64,000 nt of DNA from Bacteroidota bacterium (GTDB lineage Bacteria > Bacteroidota > Bacteroidia > AKYH767-A > OLB10). Both the position numbers and the translations under genes were made by a program. Position 1 is the stretch's first letter. Each line of letters opens with the position of its first letter. Shown here piece after piece: positions 12,001-21,000 of the stretch. Location: contig JANOXC010000119.1 of NCBI GenBank assembly GCA_031418215.1, positions 4,245 to 68,244 of the forward strand, read 5' to 3'. The notes beneath the pieces were generated by a model that was not told the DNA's origin, ran no database searches, and saw only the letters and a list, made by a program, of their open reading frames with translations.

Positions 12001-15000
12001 ATAGCGGTGGCATTTTTTTGCAACAAACTATTTGAAGGGCCATCCATTCGTTGAATCATTACAGGCGTTGCAACCGCTGGTGAAACTACCGTAGCACCTG
12101 TAACTGTGCTGAAAGAAAGTGAGGGAACAACAGAATAACCGCTGCCAGCACTATCCAATTGTAAACTCCTGACTCTTGATGTTGATGCATCGTAATTAAC
12201 TGACACTTTTGCAACAGTACCTACATAAAGCAAGTTAGATACAATACCTGAAGTATGAACCGGAGGCGACGAAGCCGAGCCCGTTTGATTAGATATTGAT
12301 GCTACAACGTAAAGATTATTACGATAGAAATATTGTGTTCCAGCAATTAAACCGCTAGCAGTAATATTAAAAGGATTTCCCAAGGTACCCAACTCACCAA
12401 TATATAATAATGTAGGACCGCTGGTATTAAATGTTGTCGAGGCTGTTGATGTTGGAGGCGTTGTATTAAAATTTGCTGCTGCCGTACATAAATAGACACG
12501 TGTGCCATACCAATAATAGGTACCTACTGTAGTTGTTTGCCCGGCAATATTTCCGGCTGAAGTATCTTTAACTACTGCTGTTCCAAAAACAACAGGCGCA
12601 GCACTATACTGTTGACCCATGTTGGTAACAACAACATTATTGACGCGTGAATTATATCCCTGGCCATAAACCTGTGCAGTATTATCAATTGTAAGTTTAC
12701 CACCTGTATTCAATGTTGCTCCCCACACATTTAATCCGCTCGTTACTAAATTTTCACTTGTATTAATTGTTAAAGAACCAGTACTTGCTACTTGTATCGT
12801 GCGAATGATTCCTTTTGTTCCATCACCTTTGAACGAACCGCTACCAGAAAGAAACTGTACATTATTTCCGCCAGGCAAAGTATTCCCCAGGAAACTTAAA
12901 ATTGTACCGTTTGCTGCGCAGTTTGCAAAACCATTATTTGTGAAGTTGCCCCCGATCTTAATGGTTGCTCCAAACGGGCTTGTGCTGGCAGAATATTGCA
13001 GGAATGAGCCATTGGAATTGATCAATATATTGCCGGTAACCGTCATCTGAGATGTACTACTCCACTGAAGAATGGCTGACCCGCCTCCTCCAACAACACC
13101 AACAGTTAAGCTTTTAATTCCGACCAACACATCTACAGTTACAGTTGCGCCATTTGAAATTACAACTGAGTCATTTACAGTTGGCACTACTCCATTGATC
13201 CAGGTTGATGGGTTACTCCATAATCCGCCGATCGCTGTGGAGCTAACACTGTTGTTGCTAGTCGTTACAAACGAAAAATATTCCCCATTGGCAAGATTAA
13301 AAGGTCCCGGAGAAAATGGTTGTGTTGTCGTTCTATTTCCAACTTGCATTCCATTAGTAACTGAAAACACTGTTGCGGTATCACCGGCACTGACATCTGA
13401 TAAACTTCTCATTGTCCAGGAGCCGGCAGATGAAATTGTTGACTGACCAATAAAAATAGAAGCAAGACGTTGAGATGGACTAAAATTATCATTACCATTC
13501 CATCTTAACTGCAACGTTGGCGTTTCAGCTGTTCCTGAAGTTGTTCCGGCACCAACTCCCAAAGTTCCATTCGCCTGAACACGGTATGATCTGCTACCAA
13601 TTGGATTACCCGATGCAGCGTTGATTGACCCGGTGGCAGCACCTAATTGTGTTACCGTATAACTTGTAGCTGTCGCACCACTCTGGTTTGGTAATGATGC
13701 GTTGGTAGCATTTAGCGTAACAGTAGCATCAAATGGAAAAGCCTTGCTTTGTGTTCCACCCAGTGATTTAAGGGTGATGGGTCCATTCGTCACATATCCA
13801 AATAAAAGATACAACGGAGTGGAAGGTGTGCTTGTTGTTAAACCGGTATAAGAAGGATGTGAAAAAGTTAAAGTGTTTCCACCCAAATTCAATACACTCG
13901 GTGAAACAACAGTTGAAGATGGCAATGATAGGGCAGTAACGGAAGCAGTTAACTCAAGTGGAGCAGTTAGTGTGACATTTGCAAAGTTGGCACCAATACT
14001 ACCATTTACTGTAGTTGTACTTCCAACTACTAATGAATTCATTCTATTACTTACCGGAATTTCAACACCTGTGGTAATGCTTGGATTTGCAACAGTTGCT
14101 GCTGAAGTATTTTGAGAATATGTTAAATTATATAAAGCAATTTTAGCCGTGGGTGTTGTCGTTGCGGCTACAACAGCTATTCCTGCATTCGTTGCTGTTC
14201 CTAATCCAACTGTTGGTGCTGAAGTATAACCAAATCCAGAGTTAGTAATATTAAAATTATTTAGCTGTCCATTGAAGCCTATCACTGCTGTTGCAGTTGG
14301 CAAACATCCGACAGGAAATGCAGCCATAGCCTGGACAGGGCCTGATCCGGTAGGAGCAGAAATAGTGATTGCAGGTAAAGACGAAAACAATGCTGTTCCA
14401 GCACTCGAAATAATTAGCGAAACTACTTTTCCTCCTGCAACTACTGCAGTAAAAGTTGGTAAGGTTGGACTAGCACTGTTATTTATAATTCTACCAGCCG
14501 TATCTGCCGATATTGAAACTGTCGGTGCTGCAATATATCCTGAACCTCCATTAGTTATAAAATTTAACGCCCCAACCGGTAACGTAAAACCAACTTGTGG
14601 TGCAACTGTGTAACCAACACCTGCGCCGGTAGATGAACTAGCTGGAATAACAATACTTCCAACACCACTAAAAGCCGTTGCACCAGCAGTACTATTGATA
14701 GTTAATCCACCTGTTATTGTAGCTGCCGTTCCCTTTGTTGTTGTAAAACTCGATGTCCCCTCAATACGTTGGATAAGAACTGTGGAACCTGAAGCAGAAG
14801 TTGTTGTTGTACCACCATTTTCATTAATTGTTAAACTAGGACTCACTGAATAACCGGATCCTGCATTGGTAAGTGTGACGCTTCTTACATTCAATGTTGC
14901 AGTTGGATCATAGTTAATGGATGCTTTTGCAGGAGATCCTACGTACAATAAATTTCCAACTATTCCTGATGGATGCGTAGGTGGTACAGATCCTGTTTGC

Positions 15001-18000
15001 GTTGCAAGTGAAACATAAAGATTATCACCATAAAAATATTGTGAGCCTAATACTAAACCATTCGTTGATTGATTAAATGGATTTCCCAGTGTACCCAAAG
15101 TACCAATCCATAATAAAGATGGGCCACTTGTATTAAATGTTTGAAAATAATTCGATGGGTTATTTACAGGATTTACTGTTGGCAAACTTGTAAATGTTCC
15201 GGTATCAGTACAGAGGTAAACATTATTTCCGGAAAAGTATCTACTCCCTAAATTTGCAGCTGTTGTTCCTACAGCAATAGGCAGTACAGATGCACCAAAA
15301 ATTACCGGAGGAACGCTGTAATTTCCCATAGTGTTTAATACAACATTGGCCAACCGGTTATTCAGACTTTGTCCATACACCTGTGCAGTATTATCAATTT
15401 TCAGTTTGCCGTTGGTTGAAATATCTCCAACGTAATCATTGAATGTTCCGGCAAGAATAAGGTTTTGTATTGTATTAATATTTAAACTTGAGGCATTAGA
15501 CATGGTCATACCACGAATAATTCCATTAAGGCTATCACCAACAAAATTTCCTGATCCACTGATGATCTGTGGTGAAGCCCCATTAAAAGAAATATTTGCA
15601 AGCGCTAAATTTGCCAATCCATTATTTACAAAGTTTCCTGCAAGGTTTAATGTAACAGTACTTAAACCGGAAGTATAAGGGAAAAATGATCCTCCTTGAT
15701 TGACGGTGAGGTTGCCTCCTACTGTTAAAGCGTTTGATGTACTATTCCATTGAAGCACAGCGCCACTATCAATCGATAAATTGTTCGCTGCTGCTACCGT
15801 ATCAATAGTAACAACTGAAAGACTTAAAATATTTACATCATCGCTTACCGAAGGTACCATTCCATTATTCCAGGTATTGGGATTGCTCCAAAGACCTCCT
15901 TTAATTGTTGAACTAATGCTCGTTGGAATATGGGTTGTAAAAATGTTAACCGTGCACAATGTGGCCGCCCCAAATTGATTTCTGGGAATTACAGTCCAAT
16001 AATAAGTAGCAGCGGAAATAAGCGAGCTTGAAATTGTAAATGATGTTGTAGAAATATTACTAGCAATTTTTACCGTTGCACTTAATGAATTAACTAATGA
16101 TTGACTAGTGCTTAGATATACGTCATAGCCTGTTATATTATCACCGATTACCCCGCTCCATGATAAGACAGGTTTAATAGAAACATTTGTGGTATTGGTG
16201 AGTGGGGAAAAAGTAGTGATGCACCCCGGAACTCTATTTGTATTGGTAGTGGCTGTATCGTTAAGCGGATTCAAAGTCTGATAAATAGGACCAATGCATG
16301 TTCCCGGATTATTGCTCATTGAATAAACATAGAAACGGTAAGTTGTATTTTGAGTTAACCCTGTGGCAACAAATGGAGATGTTGATGCATAATTTCCAAC
16401 AACGACAACAGTACCAAGACCAAGCGTATTTCCGGTCGAATAAGTGGTTTTATCGGAAGGCGGTGTAACTGCAGAACCAACGGGATAAACAACAACTAAA
16501 TATCCATCAGGTAAACTGGGAGCCTGCTGAAAACTACCTGCTATTCGGGTATAATAATTTGCAACAGGAGCAATAGTTAATGAAGTAGGTTGATTGGCAG
16601 GAACAGCACAATCAATTTGCAATGGTGGTTTTGAATAATATATATCCTCAAATGCTCCAATGTCGGGTGTAGTAGCATTTCTCGCGTTTCCGGAATAATC
16701 TCCATTGATAGCAATTGGAGAAGTTATAGGAGCAGCAGTTCCTTCTACATAAGTTGGATTAGCAGCTGAAGTATCAACTTTTAGGAAATTGATATTACTA
16801 TATGAAGTTGACCTAAATACCACATCCTCCGTTAATGAAGATTGGTCACGAGATATCATAAAAGACTGATAGGAAGTGGTACCGTTGAAATTTTGCTTTG
16901 CATTTAAAACCGGATTTGCAGTGCCTTCACAATAAATCAGCTTATTCGGTCCAGGAATACCTGTATAAAAAATATTCTTATTAGAATTGATTGAATAACT
17001 GGAGGTTAATGTGCCGCTTCTTCGGTATGCTGCACTTACACCGCCTGTACCGCCCGATCCGCCAGGACTAATCAAGTTGATGAAAATATTATTGCGTAGG
17101 GTAAGATTTGGCGAAGTTGATGCATTAATTGCACTAGATCCATAAAGCGAACCGCTACCCGACGCACCACTCAATCGTACAGTATTATATGTCACATTAA
17201 CCGTTGTGCCACCCAATACATCAAGTCCAATCACTGAATGCGCACCTGTCGCAGAAACAATAGAATTAATATTACTAACAAGATTATTATAAATATGTAG
17301 CGTGGTACCGCCTGTTATTTCAATGCCTTTTGCAACGGCTGATGATGAACCGCCAATAATGCCACAAATTGCATTTTTATAAATGCTTACAGTCGTCCCA
17401 CCCGAAACTCCAATTCCTCTTACTATTCCTCCTCCCTTAATGGAATCTGTACTGATGGTGTTACCATATATATTAACCGTAGTTCCTCCAGTATTTAGAA
17501 TACCGGTTACATTACCTGTTCCACTTCCCACAACTTCTAAAACAGAATTATTATAAACAGAACTTGTTGTGCCAGAATTACTGATACCTGAAACTGTACC
17601 ACTTCCAATTCCACTGCTTTTCATTCGTGAAACAACATTTGAACTCAGGCTACTAGATGCACCGGAGTTCGAAATGCCGGTAATTGTCACTGAATTAGTA
17701 TTACTGTTTGTAGAGGTAACATCTGTTATAAGATTGGAATCGCAGCTAATGGAAGCAAAGTTGCTTATACCGATTAAAGTTCCAGTTGAACTACTGTTAG
17801 TAGTCAACAACTTAATATTGTTATTTCTTACTATTCCTGTTACAGTGCTTGATATCAACATACCGGTAACTGAACCACTTGTAACAGTTCCTGAAAGCGT
17901 AAGTGAAGTTATTGTATCATTTTGAATATTAACGGCACCAACTACCGTTCCGATTCCAATAATTGATGCATTACCCGAAGCAGATAAATTTGAAACTTTG

Positions 18001-21000
18001 TTTCTTTGAAAAGACTTATTTCCCGCAACCCCAAATTCATAAATACCCCTTATAGTTCCTGCACCTCCTACAGATAAATTCTTTACAATATTGTCGTTTA
18101 TCGTAACATTCACAGCAGAGGTGAAACTGAAAAATCCATTAATAATTCCAATGGAAGATGCATTGCTATAACTATTGTTTTCGACAAGGTTTCCGCTTGC
18201 TGTCCAATTTTGAGGACTGATTGTTTTAATACCGTGCATTGAACCGGATGTTCCTGTGCAAATATTATTTCCTATATAATTATTATTAGATGTTAATGTT
18301 GAACTACCACCTGTTGTACTCCCTGTTTCCATCAAAGTAACCGTACCAGTTCCTCCTATGGTATCATTCATTACAACGTTGTTATTCATAATTGTTGCAA
18401 CCGTTGAAGTTCCCGTTGTTGAAATTCCTGTGAAGGAACCTGTAGTAATGGAATCCATTTTGATTAACATTACCGTATCACTACTCATTGTCATGTTTCT
18501 TGGTGAAGTTCCGGTAGAAGCAATTCCAACAAAGGAACCTGTTTTAGCACCCCTCGTAATATTAGAAACTCGGTTATTACTACATATAACATCAATGTTG
18601 GTAGAACTACTGTTCAAGATTCCATTGAATGCAGCTGTGGACGCCTGTGGTTGATTTACGTTGCCAACAAAATTGTTATTCATTGTAAGCGTTGAGCCGG
18701 TAAGCAAAGCAGTTCCTGAACCCGGTTCCACTGTTATCCCTGTAATGACACCTCCTAATGAAGAATTATTGCAATTAGTAATTGTATTGCTATTTATATT
18801 GATGATTTCTTTCCAGTTAGGAATACTGTTTGTTGGCCAATTTACACAAATCATTCTGTTAGAACCAGCACTTGATCCAGAGAAAGTATTTCCTGAAAAA
18901 ACATTGCCAATTATATTTAAAGAATCATGGGCAAACTGATCAAGAATTCCATTCATAGCTATACTTGAAGTTGTAATGTTAGAAGTATTGCTGTTGTTGA
19001 GTACCTGATTATTACTGATTGTCATTTTCGCGGCTGACATTGAATCTGTAATCAGCTTATTAATTAGAATTGACATAAAAAAAGCATTAGCTGTAGGAGG
19101 TATATAACAATTTTGAATGATGTTACTGTCAATTAGTATTGTATTGCTTGGCGCTCCAACTCTTGTCGTACGATTGCCGGCAAGAGAATAAATACCAGTG
19201 ACGCCATAACCTGATGGTCCACCTGATGGTCCACAATTTGTCGTTAATGAAATTGTGTTTTTCGAAATTGTCGCATTGGCATTTTGAGATGACCACAATC
19301 TCATTCCTTCCACCCAGGCGCTGTGTATCACACCGGTAAGATTGGTAATGGCATTTCCTACAATTGAAAAATTATTGTTATTGCCTATTTCAATTCCTAT
19401 GGCAGCATTAGCTGTATCACCCCCTCTTCCGAAATCGGAAATCGTATTTCCTTCTCCGGCTCTTCCAATTTCATTATCCTGATCATAAAAAGTAAAGGGT
19501 GCTACATCAGCATAACCATACATATTAATTCCCTGGAAACAATTGCTGATGGTGTTACTATAAAACTTATTGTACGAATTGGTGCCTGACAAATTTGTAA
19601 TTGTAGGATAAATATAATTTGCATCGTATGCCCTGGTCATAATACCAAAGGTGGAAGCTAAATTTGATTTATCAAGCGTGATGGAACAGTTCCTGATGGT
19701 ATTGTGTTGTGCTCCATCAGTTCCGGAACATAATACAAATTCAAAGCCTACTTCAGCTTTTGTAGCGTCAGTTGTATTGGCTGCATTCTCACGCAAATCA
19801 AGACCGTTGAAAGTGATATAGTCTGAACCAACCAATCTAAATATCCGATCAAAACCGCCAGGACCAGCACCGGCATATATAATCGGATTGGCACCGGCGC
19901 CTGATTTTTGAAAAGTAACTGTTTGTGCAGCATTTGATTTCAATGAATCATTCAAGCTGCACATATTAATAACCAATCCGCCTGAAGGTGCTGTTTCAAT
20001 ATGACCCGTCTCCAAATTAAAAATCACATTGCCATTTACACCGCGTGAATTTAAATCACTGATTGAAGCGGCCAACGATGTGTAATTGGTGCAGGAGGCA
20101 GATAATGCACTGTTTATTGTATAGGTTCCTGATAAAGGAATGCTTCCATTTACACTCATCACTATCATATTGGAAATTGCAACAGAATCACCTGAATTAC
20201 AAACAGGAACAGAGGTCATTTCACAGGATATGGTATCAAAATTTAAAATAGAAGACGTGGTATAAATGGTATCATTAGTTCCCACATTTACACCATTTTT
20301 TTTCCACTGAAAAGAGGGATTGGCTCCAGCATTGTTCCTTAATGCGACAAATGTTACAGATCCTCCGATGCAAAGATTATTCTGAACAACACTGATAATT
20401 AATGATGATGATTGGGTAATATTTATATTCGTACCATTGTTATTTCCAATTACTGCGGGATTACTTCCCACCACCCTGATTCTATATGCATTGCCGCTTG
20501 AAGCATTAAACGGAATAGTACACGCAATATTATTGCTTGTTAAACTGGATATACTTCCGATTGCTATTGGGTTTGAAAAACTGCCCATTGAATCACTCAG
20601 TTGGGCAGTGAATATATTTCCTGAAATAAATGTCCCGGTAATTGTGTAGAAAACATTCAACGCATTACCTGAACAAAAAGAAGTATCAACAAAACTAGTT
20701 GTAATGGTTGATGGTATCGGAATAGAAATGTTGCACCCAAAAGTACTGGTACTGGTTGTTGTTCCATCACCCAATTGGCCGAATGAATTAAGTCCTGTCA
20801 TACAAATGTTATCACGATGTGCTTTAATAACACCAGTATGATAGGAACCAGCAGAAACAGCAACAACATCTGTTTGAGAAGATATGAGCGTAGGAATGAT
20901 TTTATTAATTATTGTTCCATCACCCAATTCCCCGTCTGCATTGTTACCCCAGGACCAAAGGCTGCCACTTGTTTGCATGGCAAACGAATTACCATTACCA

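Noticed and set aside
9255-15350. Prophage or tailocin/contractile injection system suggested by the phage-like repeats
   Set aside because: The repeats are in frame within one secreted protein; no capsid, sheath, tube, baseplate, terminase, integrase or lysis genes in the window.
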